A stretch of 64,000 nt of DNA from Adineta vaga (GCA_021613535.1 CP075497.1:682001-746000), one strand, 5' to 3'. Positions 22,870 through 36,706 are shown, counted from the stretch's first letter. Notes: generated by a model not told the origin, from the letters alone. Numbers and translations: made by a program.

Positions 22870-24244
22870 TTAAGGATCATATATCTCAGTACTAGTTAAG
22901 TCGTCACTACCATCAAAACCGCCTATCACTAAGACTCTTCCATCGGTTAATGAGCATACAGCATGATACTCTCGTTTATAATTCATATCACCCACAGCGA
23001 ACCAAACTTTCTTAGATGGATCATATAATTCTGTACTTTTGATAGCATCATTACCATTAGAACCACCTGTAACTAAAATTTTTTTATTTTTCAATAAGAC
23101 TCCTTCATGATTATGTCTTCTACTTCCCATGCTATTAGTTTTTAGCCAAAGCTCTTTTGTTGAATCATATAATTCGACACTATCTTCTGTCTGACTACCA
23201 TGCGATCCTCCTGTTACTAAAATTTGTCCGTTTGATAAAATGAATGCTCTATGATACTGTCGTTGAACATGCATAGTAGTGGCGATTGCCCAGCTATTTG
23301 TTGATAGTTCATAATATTCAGTAGTAGCTAAATAATAACCATTACCGTATCCACCCGTGACTAGTATATGTCCATTGAGCAATAAGGATGCTGTGTGTCC
23401 ATCTCGAGCATAATGCATCTGTCGAATAGTAATCCAAATTCCTGATGATGAATCGTATATTTCTGCACTATCTAAAATAATATTACCATCATAACCTCCG
23501 CTAATTAATACGTTTCCATTTTTTAAAAGAGATGCTGCAGCAAAGTTTCGTGCATCACTCATATAACCAGTCATCGACCACATTCCTGTTGATGGGTCAT
23601 ATAATTCAGCACTATTCAAAAACTCACTCCCATTAAAACCACCGGCCACCAAGACTTTTCCAGTCGGCAATACGATTGCTATGTGTCCTTGACGTCTATC
23701 GTTCATAATGCCGGTCGTTGACCAAAGTTCTGTTGATGAATCATACAATTCAGCCACATTTGGAATAGAATCATTTAGATTTCCACCAGTCACAAGTACT
23801 TTACCATTTGGTAATAAAGATGCTGTATGTTCATGTCGTGCAACTTTCATGTCACCGGTGTTCGTCCATACTATAGAAAATATGTAGTATAATGAACAAA
23901 GACATATAACTCTATTACTTACTGGATTTCTGAGTAGTAGTAGTAGTAGTAGTGGTTGTCAATGTCGTCGTTGATTCAGATGTGGATAATGTTGTTGACG
24001 CAGATGTAGATGTAGATGTAGATGTAGATGTAGATGTTAACGTGGATGATATTACCGTAGTAATGGTACTGTCTGATTTCTTTGGAGCCAAAATGACAAA
24101 CTTCAACAAAAAACCAAACGTAATAGCAATTATCGTTAAAACTATAACAGCAATGCAAATAATTTTGAATCGACGATGACGCCACCATTTAAATGATCTA
24201 ATATCTCTAATGTTATACTCGATGTATGCTTTGTTAGCGTGCAT
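22870..24244 (-). CDS. Type II membrane Kelch-repeat beta-propeller protein (TM, Ser/Thr stalk, 7 Kelch repeats)
   Basis: Exons 24244-23923 and 23870-22870, 52-bp GT-AG intron; repeats of HTASLLxNGKVLVTGG...AELYD. Confidence 0.9.
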
Positions 24245-24670
24245 ATGATGATATAGAAGAAAAGAAACTCAGGTTTACAAATAGATAAATAAATGAATCG
24301 TCCTTAGTCTTGCTTTGTATATATATCACCTTAATAATAATGACAACAGGTAACTCCTATTATCGTTTTATCATACGTTTAATATCTCAATATGATATTG
24401 CAATAATGTATTTTACTTACAGTTTTGCCAGTGAAGACGATATATAACAGTTTAATCAAATCTTGTGATTCTTTCGAATCATTTATCTCAAAATATGTTT
24501 CTGTTTTATAACATAGACAAATATAATCATTTCATTTTTTCATTCAAACGATGGATATTTTTATTGGAAACTTTTATCCAAAGGGTTTTCGATGTTTTAG
24601 TAGTAAGAGAAAAAAAACTGAAAAGCATTTAAATCAAACAGTGTGGTGAATAATGTCTTGAAGCACCGTT

Positions 24671-25629
24671 TTATTGTAACCAATCACAATGTCCATAATA
24701 TTGACGGCATTCAATGGGCGCGGTGTTCTTTGCGTCTTTTTGGCATATTCCAATATTATTATCTTTATTCACTGCAGTCACCCTGTCTGGACAGATTCCT
24801 CGGTTGTACAGTTCTTGTGGAGCGTTTCGAAATGTACAGCGACAGGCTTTTGCTCCTCCTAAATCAAGAGTAAGAAAAAAGATAACTGTTTTAAACGTAC
24901 TACATATTTTATCTATCAGAACATAGCATTTAACTCTCCTTTCATATACTTTGACAGAAATAGTCACAAACAATGTAATGGACTACTCCATTTGTCTGAA
25001 AACTTTCTCCGAATTGATAAAACGTTACAAAATACCCAGTAATATCTAATCGTATCGGATGAACAATCTTTGGGGTTCATGGATTCTCGAATATTATATT
25101 AGAGGCAGAAACCATTTTGATCTACTCATGTATATTCGATAGGAAGCACCTGGATTACGTACTTAGCTTCTATAATTAAACGTAACATTTGAAGTTGTGA
25201 CTGATGGACACTATATCTTTTTTGAAGTTTGTCAGTCTCATTCATATTGTTACAAGACTAATTTGATGCTTGTGTTTCGGATAATGACAAAAATTTCAAA
25301 CATATCAAAGCAATGAATGATGAAAGTCACTCACTCGTTTGTTGTCCATATGTTCTGATACCATATTGCATCAACACAGATGCACCGTAAGCTGCAGCTA
25401 AAGCTAAAAACACTTCAGGAGCCACGATCGCACCGACGTATGGCAGTAAACCAGCAGGCACAGCTTGCCGTTTAAGGACTTGCTTACGTTGCCATTGTTT
25501 TTCTTCGTTCTGAGATGCGTTGACCAATAATGACGTCCATAATAAAAGCAGGTAAAACCTATTCAGAGTATGTATTTTAGAAAACTTAATTTTCAGTTAG
25601 AAAATCTCATACCAATGTAATTTACCCAT
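24671..25629 (-). CDS. Big-defensin-like secreted precursor (142 aa) with a non-canonical 6-Cys C-terminal domain
   Basis: Exons 25629-25613, 25558-25335 and 24858-24671 splice in frame (GT-AG). Product: signal peptide MGKLHWFYLLLLWTSLLVNA, propeptide ending VLKR, then QAVPAGLLPYVGAIVAPEVFLALAAAYGASVLMQYGIR, then the Cys domain. Confidence 0.75.
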
Positions 25630-26368
25630 AATTTGCACTTGTAGGAATTAGGTTATCTAAGATAAAGAAAAGAATATATTTCAAGATTAAAAATTCAAAA
25701 TATTCCATAGATAAATGAATTTCATGATAAATAACCACGACAATAATTGCAGTATGTGCAGAATAAAGGAAAGTGAAGTTCTGATAAAACTTCGACTTTC
25801 TAGTGATTCGTGTTAAATATATGTCTGCATTTGCTAGTCGGAAAATGATCTTGGTTCAAAAGTTCCGTTAAAGTGTTTTGGAAATGTTAACAGAGCTTCT
25901 ATATCTATCAATCATTAAAAGAAACCATATATATACCAGCGAAGAGCTTGCTGATGGTGTAATCATGTGAGTGTGATTTCGTATGCATATATTAAAATCA
26001 TATATTCGAGAGTCTTCTTAAATGCTACTGATTCTTTATAGCAGCAATATGAAAGAGAAGGAACTATTTTCATGTTCTTGACGGAATAAAGTATACAAGA
26101 AGATTTTTTTCGCAAAAAAAACTATTCCTTGTTCGTACCATTTCTCCTCATTTATGCAGCAAATTTATGTAAATGGAAAGAAAATATTGGATCCGATTCA
26201 CTTCTTCATCTTTCTCGAAATAGAGTATGTCAAAGAAATATACTTAACGGAGACTGATTGATTACTGTTTGCCTATAAAAACCTAACTTAAATACTTGAT
26301 TCCCATCTTGCCATTAATATTCTCATTCAATATTGAAAGAAAATTTATTCTGAATTATTAGTTAGTAT

Positions 26369-26420
26369 TTGAGGGTGTGGGTGTGGGTGTGGGTTCTATA
26401 CTATCATATACATTCACATC
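26369..26420. repeat. Interstitial telomere-type motif TGAGGG(TGTGGG)3
   Basis: ttgagggtgtgggtgtgggtgtggg followed by the degenerate C-rich cattcacatcc. Confidence 0.7.
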
Positions 26421-26629
26421 CTATCATAAATAAAAACTTTTCTAATGAACATTCTATCTCATTTAAATCTTAATAAAAGTAAAAATTATTCAGCGTCCTA
26501 GTTGTCTCATCAACCATCCTAAAGCATTGCTTCCATCACAAATTGTATTTAATAAAACGATTGATTTAAACAATAATTGAATTTGTTTGTCAAACGGAAT
26601 AGTATTAATCAAAGATGGATATGATGATA

Positions 26630-26980
26630 GTGTCTATCTGAAAAGTGCTGAACTGTAACCATTGGGCCATAAATAATGATGGCCTCCGTATTTCTCGAAT
26701 ATCTCCGCCATTTTTCATCCGTTTGGTATAATTTGTTTTTTGAACGAATCGTCGTTCGATTAGGCTAGTTTCATTCGAGAAAATGAAAAGTAGAGATATA
26801 CAAAAGCTTGTACTTTTAAAGCACGAAAATGGTGATGGACCGACAACGATTTTTCGAAATCTCTACGGTTTTCTCAGTCTTCTGACGATCGAACGGTGGT
26901 GCAAAAGCATCTGTGACACCGGCTGTATTAATCTAACAAAACCACTCGACCGCCCGAGAACGATTCGAACGGCGAATGTC
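26630..26980 (+). mobile_element. 5' fragment of a Tc1/mariner-type element (HTH part of the transposase)
   Basis: MKSRDIQKLVLLKHENGDGPTTIFRNL...TIERWCK...RPRTIRT; ends abruptly at the telomere-type tract 26980-27053. Confidence 0.65.
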
Positions 26981-27771
26981 GAGTGAGTGTGGATATCTCT
27001 TCTCCAACCACATCCTCATTCAAACTTTCACCCACACCCACACCCACACCCTCATGTTAGGTACAAGATTGTCATTTCTTAAGCAAAAAATCCAATACAA
27101 AGAAAAAATACATTGGTTCATCATTCGTGTGCTTGTGAGAAAAGAAAAAAAGAGATTTGATTGGATCGTTTCATTTACGTATGTAATTTGTTTGAAAAAA
27201 GATGATGCCAAAAGAGATATTATGGATCGATAGGTTTTTCATTGAAAACGTCAATAAGATTATCCTTCCATAGTATCAATGAGATTTGATTACATGAGAG
27301 TTTTTCTGTTATAATTTGATATTAAAATTCATTTATTTCATATCTTTAGCTTAAAACTATCGTATACATAGTGCTTTAACAATGAAAAGCACAACCTCAT
27401 AAAGTCAAAAATGTACCCGCGCTCATATATTTCACGAAGAATGGCCTTTTGATACATAATCATACAGGATTGAAACACATCCATTCTCAACATTGATAGT
27501 TTTAATAAAGTTTTTTTCTTTTCATTATTGTTTTATTTTGTCAAAATATTCTAAGGTATCTTTTATAAAAATTAGGTTTGAGTTGATTATACTTTGATAA
27601 GATTTTCGTTTTTTTTGTTTTACAATATTTCTTAAAATAGAATTAACATAAAAATGAATAAAAAAGAAACTCTACCTTTCTATATTTTTTGTTTGATGAA
27701 ATATTTTAATAATTTCGTCTCATACATAAAGAGCCGGTCTGATCACCGGATTTTTATTTCATCTCGAACCC

Positions 27772-30726
27772 ATGAAACGCCCAAGTAAACCAAGACTTAG
27801 TTTTGTGGAAAAACCGAAACGAGCTCGTCGAGTAACAATTAGTAATACTGTTCGTATTAGTAGAGTTAATCAATGTGATGCAAATGATGTACAAATTGTA
27901 TACATAGAACAATAGCTAAATCTTTTAATATTCAGATATTTTCGCATCTTTAGTCACAAAGACATCAAAACATGGATACATCGACATCTACTCTATCATC
28001 GTCGAATCAAAGAAATAGAGCAAGAATTCAAGTAAGTTTCAATTATGTACATTTTTTCTAAAGACTAATTGTGAATAACATCGTATCATGAATATATTAT
28101 TTATTTCATTGATTTTAGTTAGATAATATGCAACTATTATATCGTGATACTCATGCATCATCAATTTTCAAACAAAATCGTATTAGTCCGGTATTAGACG
28201 TGTGATTGATATTTTATAACTTAATGAAACAAAAAAATGATTCTTTTTAGAATAATATACATACAAATCTATCGAATATTTCGTTGGATAATAAAGATCA
28301 ATGGAGAAAATGTAAAAAACAAGAAAAACATGTTGAAACGAGAATAAATCAAGAACCAAATGATATGCATCGAAGATTAACCGATAATTCCAAGCAATCG
28401 TTCGATTCTTTTACGAATATATTTCGATATAGAGAAAGCGATGATGAAAGATCAGAAAAACGCAGAAGGTATCTTTTTCTCGATTAATATCTGTGATTAA
28501 TTAACAATACAGATACATTTCAGACGCCGTGGCATATTTTTTAAAACACCAGAATGTTGCTGTCTTTGTATTGGTGCGACAGTAACTGGATTTATCTTAT
28601 TAGGTGCATTGATAGCTGCAATTGCACTTATCGGTCAGTATTTTACATAATCTAAAGTTTGTAATAGAAACAAAATTTATGTTAACTTACAAATTTCAAA
28701 TGATATGAGTTAATCTGAAAAACTCTTATCATCATTTGATGATCTCCAAATAGAAATTAATCAATGGTTTTAGCTTGTTTTAACAAAACAAAACGAAACT
28801 TAGGAAATAATGATATACAATAAGTATTTAGTTTTAAAAGTAGTAATTATCTTAATCGAAAGAATATTTACATTTCAAAGAGATGTAGACACAACGTTTT
28901 TATATATTTCCTATTGTTATTTAACCATTAGATTGTGTACTAGATACTGCAGCATATTAGAAACCAACTTTCAATTACTTAAATATTTTGTTTCATTTGA
29001 TATATGATCTGATACAATGCTATATAAATAAATGTTTACTTTTTGTTTGATGATCTTTGTTTTAATTTATACACTAATTTTATGTAGCGAAAGATTCAAC
29101 ATCATCTACAACTACATGTAAGATCATATCTATTTCACAAGTATGATACTATTATTAGTGTGTTTTCAGCAACAACAGTAAGTACTACTAGTACAACTAC
29201 AACAATCAGCACTCCAACTACATCGACAAGCGTTACAACTGTAACAGCAAGTGACACAACTACAACGGAAACTTCAACAATAATTTCTACGAGTTCAACA
29301 TCCACAACGGTAAGTACGAGTACTGCAAGCCTTATTGTCTCAACAGAGACAACAAGCGAAACAACTACAGTTACTGATGTTACGACTATTTCAACAACTG
29401 AAACATCAACCAACATCATTACAACAACAACTACATCAGGTATTTCTTTATTTTTATTCCTCTTCTTGAGACAATTCAATCACGATACAATATACTTTTT
29501 TACTTGACTATAGTAATATTTAATTTTGTTTATCATCTTATTCTATGTCGCAATATGATTGCATTGTATTATATAGTCTTTTTAAGTATTATTCGTGTTC
29601 AATAACCTAATTTAAATGTAGTACTCTATTTGAAGTTTCTATAAAATAATTGAACTAAGCAAAACATTTGTATATATAATAATCTATCTTCTATTTATTT
29701 AGAATCAACAACACCAACAACATCCTTTGATACTTGTAAGTATTTTCTTCTTTTCACAAAAGAATGAGCCGTTCCAGTAAAGAGTTCATGGCCAAATCAT
29801 ATGATTGTATACTGAAATTATACATTCATACTATCAGATGTTATTGTGTACTTATTTGACATTCATATTGTTTAGGTAACGGTATTAAATGGAATAAAAC
29901 AGGTATACGTGTTGCTGGTGATGGTTCCACAGGAGGAAGTTCGAATCAACTTAATAAGCCACGATGTGTATATGTTGATGCTAATGATACAGTGTATGTT
30001 TGCGATACTGAAAATCATCGTATTCAAAAGTGGCCTAAAGGTGCATCAGTTGGTACAACATTATCAAGTGGACTTAATAAACCTTTAGGTCTTACTTTTG
30101 ATACTAGTGGGAATATGTATGTAGCTGATACAGAAAATTGTCGTGTAGCAAAATTTATTCCGCCATCGACAAGCGGTACAACAGTTGCTGGAACCAGTGG
30201 ATCTTGTGGAAATTCAAATAATCAACTAGATAAACCCTCAGGTGTTGCTGTTGATAGTAGTGGAAAATTGTATGTAACTGATACGAATAGTAACAGAGTG
30301 ATGAAATATAATTCAGGTTCAACAACTGGTACTTCTGTACTTACGTCTATAAATTCTCCATATGGAATAATGTTTCGAAATGATTCATCAAATCAAGTTT
30401 ATATTAGTCAAATATCAACTAAACTTTTGCAACTCTGGACTCTTGGTGCATCGTCACCCGATGTTACTCTCGGTACTAGCAGTAATTTTAATGAACCAAA
30501 ACAGATAGCGATTGATTGGTATGGCAACGTTTATGTTACAGATGAACAGAACGATCGAATACAAATGTTTTGTGCTGGTTCCTCGACAGTAAAAACGGTA
30601 GCTAATGGTGGTTCTGGATATACACCAACACTTGATGAACAAACAGGTATTGCCTTTGATTCGAATATGAATTTATATGTTACTAGTATTACTCCTTCTG
30701 GTGTTTATAAATATATGCGTATTTGA
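27772..30726 (+). CDS. Multi-exon membrane protein with a Thr-rich stalk and NHL-repeat propeller (5' exon structure uncertain)
   Basis: TM CCCLCIGATVTGFILLGALIAAIALI at ~28555-28635; Thr/Ser exon ~29170-29439; NHL repeats (LNKPxG...YVxDTxNxRV) 29876-30726. Confidence 0.75.
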
Positions 30727-30997
30727 CATTTGCAACAATTTCTAAAATTATTTTTCGATTGAATCGTTTCCCAAGTTATGAAGAGAACACAAAAATATAA
30801 ACTTTATTTTTATTCTGCGTTTTGATTATACAAAAACAATTTCTTATTATAGATTTAATCCAATAAAAATACGGAGTATCATCAATTTCATATTCATTTT
30901 GAAAATTCATTATTTTCATCTCAATAATCGAAGTGTGTAAGCGTTGTTCTTTTGTATCCATACATATGTCTTCATATGTTGGATATATGAGGCAAAT

Positions 30998-31080
30998 AGA
31001 GGGTGTTGGGTGTGGGTGTGGGTGGGTGTGGGTGTGAGTGAAACTCATGTGTTAATATGTTACCCACACCCACACCCTCA
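30998..31080. repeat. Head-to-head telomere-type mini-hairpin
   Basis: gagggtgttgggtgtgggtgtgggtgggtgtggg - spacer - cccacacccacaccctc. Confidence 0.75.
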
Positions 31081-31735
31081 AGATCAACCTTTTAGTTAGC
31101 AATTTAACATTTGTTATTCGAACTTTTTTCATTTTCTACTTCGAACATGCCTCTATTCTATTGCTTATTTTCTTTATCAATCTCTTTCAAGTCCCATTTC
31201 GTCATTGTGCGCTTGCATTTTTTTCTTTTCTCTTCTATTATTTGTTTTTTGGGTACATGAAAAAGTTTTATCTTATGCATGGTAAACGTGCAATACGGTA
31301 GTTTCGATATTTATTGTTTTTCTTCGCTTTTCTGTTTCTCTTACTCTTGTTGTCGATAGTCTGTTTGTGAGTCTTTTTCTAATCAAGAATAAACATATTG
31401 CGCAGTTGATATTCGCACTAGGTATTAGCAAAAAAAGTCCATATTGATGAGATATGACAACGAAATATAGTTAACAGGTTTTTGCCTCCTGTTAGAGACT
31501 GTTAATCTAGTTTCGCAAATAATATCAGTCGTTCTTGATAGATTTCATTCAAGTTTGATATCAGATTCATACAGAACATGAGGTATTGTATAGTGTATGC
31601 ATGATTCTACTAAACATGCCCTGTATTAACGAAAAAAATATACTAAATACGACATTTATTTCAAGAATTTTCACAGATCGTTTTCTAGATTTCAACAAAA
31701 ATTAATATTCCAAAAACGTTTTGTTATATTTTCCT

Positions 31736-32542
31736 ATGAATCGCATTGATCATATTGTTATCAATACTCGTGATTGTATTGACGAAGCAGTAGCGTTTTT
31801 TGAACGCATAGGCTTTACTGTCACGCCACGTGGCTATCACACAGTGGGTTCAATTAATAATCTCATCGTTTTCAAGACTGATTATCTAGAACTGTTTGGA
31901 TATCCAGGAGGCAAACCATTAGAACAATTGTCACAATTTCTTCAGCAACCGGCGGGGTTGGCAGCTATTGCGCTCAAAGTCGATAATCCTGAGCAGGTGC
32001 GAGATAAACTCATAACACGCGAATTGACACCCTCACCGATCTTCAATGTGTCACGACCTTTAGACTTAGGAAATGACAAAATGGCCGATGTCCAATTTCG
32101 AGTGTTAACCTTGGAACCCAACCCTCTTCCTGGTAGCTATATGATTTACTGTCAACACGTCACGCCGGAATTGGTTTGGCGCTCTGTCTGGCAAACGCAT
32201 TCAAACGGTTGTATCGGTATGACACGGCTTAGTATTAATGTAAACGATCCAATGGTGGCATCTGAATTATATCTTCGTGCAATGGACGCCGTTAAGCTCG
32301 AGAATACTGAAGCAAATACTTGCATTATTCGACTACCAAATTTTGAAATCACGCTAGTTCATGAGATTGGTAAACCTTTGGGTATGTTCAAACTGGTGTT
32401 CGGCACCGACTCATTTGAAAAACTGACTTTTGCCCTTACGAAGGGTGGAATAAATTATGACAAAGAGGGTGAACGCATCGTCGTTGATTCACTATCTTAC
32501 ATTAGTTGTGCACTGGAATTCGAGTGTATCACGATATCATAA
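31736..32542 (+). CDS. Glyoxalase-like VOC family protein (Glyoxalase_3 type), intronless, bacterial-like
   Basis: MNRIDHIVI...GFTVTPRGYH...GSINNLIVF...YLEL and CQHVTPELVWR...HSNG are typical motifs of this family. Confidence 0.85.
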   Translation: MNRIDHIVINTRDCIDEAVAFFERIGFTVTPRGYHTVGSINNLIVFKTDYLELFGYPGGKPLEQLSQFLQQPAGLAAIALKVDNPEQVRDKLITRELTPSPIFNVSRPLDLGNDKMADVQFRVLTLEPNPLPGSYMIYCQHVTPELVWRSVWQTHSNGCIGMTRLSINVNDPMVASELYLRAMDAVKLENTEANTCIIRLPNFEITLVHEIGKPLGMFKLVFGTDSFEKLTFALTKGGINYDKEGERIVVDSLSYISCALEFECITIS

Positions 32543-32882
32543 TTCCAACGACTACCGTGCATTTTGCATTGTACTGTTCCAAGTTCGCTTCGACTTTGTT
32601 TAGATTATATTCCTTCTGATTACTCATTATGTATTACAATGATTATTTTCATATCTTTGAAGGCTTCTTTTAATAAATAGTTTTCACTTTTCTATACATA
32701 AGGATAGTGTTGCGGAATTGAGCAGGGAAAAGGACAATTAAGTCAATAGTTGTAAAAAAATTATTATATAAAGATGAGACAAAGATAAAAATGTTGATAA
32801 TTCAAAACGGATGATAAACTTAGTGAATGGTTGTGGGTATCATAATCTCCTCACACTCATACCCTGAACCACACCCTCAGCA

Positions 32883-33790
32883 ATGTTAATGGCGAAATAT
32901 GAGTCTCCTGTCTTGGTGATTCGTGAATTAGAAGGCCGAAGAACTAAAAATACTTCAAAAGGGCATGCAATAACATCAGCATATCGAAAATTCCTCGAAA
33001 CCGGTTCGGTTGAAGAGCGTGCTCATATAGGAAGATCTTCAACAATAACAGAAGATAAAGTTTAAAAGGTTCAACGAGTTTTAGATAATGAACCTGTGAA
33101 CAGTGTTCGGAGTGTGGCACGAGATAGAAACATTTCTATATATTAAGCACATCGAATAATGATAGATTTTATTGGATATAAACCGTACGTGATGCATAGA
33201 ATTGAACAATTATATGATGAAAATATGGACTTACATGTGGAAATGTCTCGTAGCACCTGATACCGATTCCTGACGATCAAAGAAATGACTGCAATATCTT
33301 TTTTTCTGATGAATCAACTTTTTACATTTCTGAAGTCGTGAACACATGTATAATTGTCGAACTTGAGAGGCAACTAATCCTTCCACTACCATGAATACTC
33401 CCAAAGTAAATGTACGGTGTGCAATATCTAACAAACAAATCATTATGATCCATACCTTTTTGTAGATGAAACAGTAAATCAACAAAATTATCTTTACCCA
33501 ATTATGCAAAGAAATTCGTGTATGGTTAAATGAAAAATCCAATGAAAGATGGATTAGCAGAGGTAATCCGATTTCTTGGACACCACGCTCTCCAGATCTG
33601 ACACTACTTGATTTAGTTTTCTATGAGGATATGTTAAAACAAAGATCAACGATATTGTCGATTTGAAGAACAAGAAATTAAGTATATAAAAACAGAGACA
33701 CTCGAAAACGTTTTTGATAGTATCATAAAAAGACTCAAATTTTGTATTGATGTGAATGATGGCACTTTCGATCAGTCTATATAGAAGATT
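32883..33790 (+). pseudogene. Decayed Tc1/mariner-type transposase
   Basis: KFLETGSV...GRSSTIT (HTH region) and WTPRSPDLTLLD (C-terminal catalytic motif), with many stops; begins right after the telomere-type tract 32822-32880. Confidence 0.75.
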
Positions 33791-34306
33791 TTGTTACCAA
33801 ATAAAACTTTACACTTTGTTCGATTCGATTATTAGAAATGATCGAGATATTTAATTTGCTTTTTGATAGAGCAATTTCCGAAAACCCTATATACAAATTT
33901 TCTATGATAATATTTATTACACGGTACATTAATTCATAAATTGTTTGTTATTTATTGAAAATGAATCTATTTATATTTTTAATAATAAAATACAATAATG
34001 CACTCGATGAACATTTCATAATTAAGATTTGTTGTAGAAAACAATAAGAGAAAATATTTAAATTTATAATTGTCAATTTTTATTATCAATAAATTCGAAT
34101 TAGTTCGATAAGTACAAACAGAATTTTTTATATAATTTCCTTCATTTTCAAACTACGTCATCATTAAAAACTATTTCAATATATGAAGAATTTACGTTAT
34201 TAAAATAAATTGATTTTCTATTTTAAGGAAATTAATTTTCCTTTTTTCACGATGAAATATTATAATAATTGTTTATATCATAGATAGTTATTGTTAAATA
34301 TTGAAA

Positions 34307-35788
34307 ATGAAATCTTATATTATCTATTTATTTATTTTTATTCAAAATCAACAAATATTTAGTGATAATCAATCTTATTTTGATTTATCAAATTTATTTC
34401 TATTTGAAACAAATCAAATGAAATTAGCAGATTGTGCACATATATGTCATTCAACAATTACTTGTCGTACATTTGATTATGATTCTCAATCATATCGTTG
34501 TCGTCTTTTCCAAAATGAATTAATCTCAACAAATTCATTGATTTTATCTTCATCATCTTATTCAATTGTTGGATCTATTCAATTAAATAATGAACAATTT
34601 AATAAATATGGTTATTCTTGTTCATATTGTCAAAATAATCGATATTTAACATGTAGAAATTCAACATGTCAATGTTATTTGAATTATTATTTTGATGGAT
34701 TTATTTGTCGAAGTAAAAAATTACTTGGTGATGTATGTCAAAATTCAACAGAATGTCGTCATGATTTAAATTATACATGTTTATCACGACAACAATGTGG
34801 TCGTAAGTATTGATAATATAGAAAAGTAAAATATTTTCTTTTGCTTTTTATAGCATTATCTTTAGAAAATGGTTTTACTATTGGTGGTTATCAGAATGGT
34901 TCAGCTGGTTCAAATGTTGATGCACTTAATCAACCTTGGGGTTTAGTTATTGATATTGAAAATACAATTTATGTATCTGATTATAATAATCATCGTGTTA
35001 TGAAAATTGAAGAAGGTTCAACTATTGGTATACAAATAGCTGGATCAACTAATTGGGGTAATTCTAATAATCAATTACATTCACCAACAGGAATTTATAT
35101 TGATACAACATTAAATATATATATTAATGATTTTTTTAATTATCGTACTATGTTATGGTATAAAAATGCTTCAATAGGTATTCGTAAAGCTGGAACAGGA
35201 TTTTCTACAAATACATTAGATGGTTTAAGTGAACCACTTGGAATAACATTTGATTCACAAGGAAATATGTATATTAGTGAAAAAGCAAATCATCGAGTAA
35301 TGAAATGGCCACCAAATATAATGAATGGTACAATTATAGCAGGTATAACAGGTACATTTGGTAATAGTAATTATCATTTAAGTTCACCAAGTGGAATTGC
35401 TATTGATGAATTAAATCAATATCTTTATATTGCTGATAGTAGTAATCATCGAATTCAAAGAATAATATTAAATAATCCATTTAATGCAACAACTATTGCT
35501 GGTAAATATGGTAGTGGAACTAATCTTAATCAATTAAATTATCCACAAGGTATTTATTTTTGTAAAAAAACTAATAGTTTATATATAGCTGATCAAAATA
35601 ATCATCGAATTTTACGATGGGATATTGGAGCAACAAATGGATTAGTTATTGCTGGTATTACAAGTCAAACAGGAACTTCGTCTAAATTATTAAATATTCC
35701 AACTAATGTGATTTTAAATTCTAATGGATCATTTTTATATGTTTCTGATCGAGGAAATAATCGAATTCAACGATTTCAAATTATATAA
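34307..35788 (+). CDS. Secreted PAN/apple + Cys-rich + NHL-repeat protein, 2 exons
   Basis: Signal peptide; CAHICHSTITCRTFDYD...CRLF (PAN); intron ~34804-34853; about 6 NHL repeats. Confidence 0.85.
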
Positions 35789-36706
35789 ATTCAATTTTTT
35801 CTTTTGCTTCTTGTAAATCTATTGTATTTGATTGTATATCAGTTATAATTAAATCATATATATATATATATATTCATCAAAAATAAATTTAGAAAAATAA
35901 TCGTGTTCAATGTCATTTCCATTATTCAAATGATTCTAATGATCAACTTCATTTTGTAAGAGTTGATTAGTTTTGTATGAAAATTATATTATTGATTGCT
36001 TCAAATAATGATATGATGTTGATGGTTTTGATTTTGGTTCAGTACTCATCTCTTGAGTCTCTGAATGAGATTGTGTGTCCAAATTGTGTACATAATCAAT
36101 AGTGATTGGGATGAGCATTCGATTTTTGTAAAGGAATTTGCCATTGAAAGAGAATCGCAATGTTGATCAGTTGATGATGAAGATGTAGCTTGCTGAGAGG
36201 AAGATTACATATTCACTAAGAAAATATAACAAAAAAATATTTGGAGCCAAATCTAAATAAGAAAACTGAATAATACATTGTCAAACGAGATTATTGATAA
36301 GTAAAGAATAAAAGTTTATGTTCTTATTTTTTATCATGAATTTGCACAGTTACAACTTAGTATAAAACTAATTTTGAATGATAAAATATTTAATCCCATA
36401 GATTCCACAGAGTCCGTTGATTATATGTACGGAACGGTTGTACTTATATCTCAACTATTTACAAACCAATTTAATATCTTTCTTCTGAAAGTTACATGTG
36501 CTCTCAATCTAAATAAACAGTTCGCTGATTCATCTGTTATTTTTTTCGTTGTTCTGTTTCAGCATCAACGCATATAGTGACGAAGTAATAAAAAACCCAA
36601 GCAATGCCGTTGTTTTGTAAGAAGACGATTATTTTATTTTACGTCGATATCACAAACAAGCTCGTTATTCCTATAACAAAATTTCATAGTTAAACAGTTA
36701 TCTATT

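Noticed and set aside
23952-24179. Val/Asp-rich plus-strand ORF (also the Val-rich 29135-29479 ORF)
   Set aside because: Antisense shadows of Thr/Ser-rich stalk exons.
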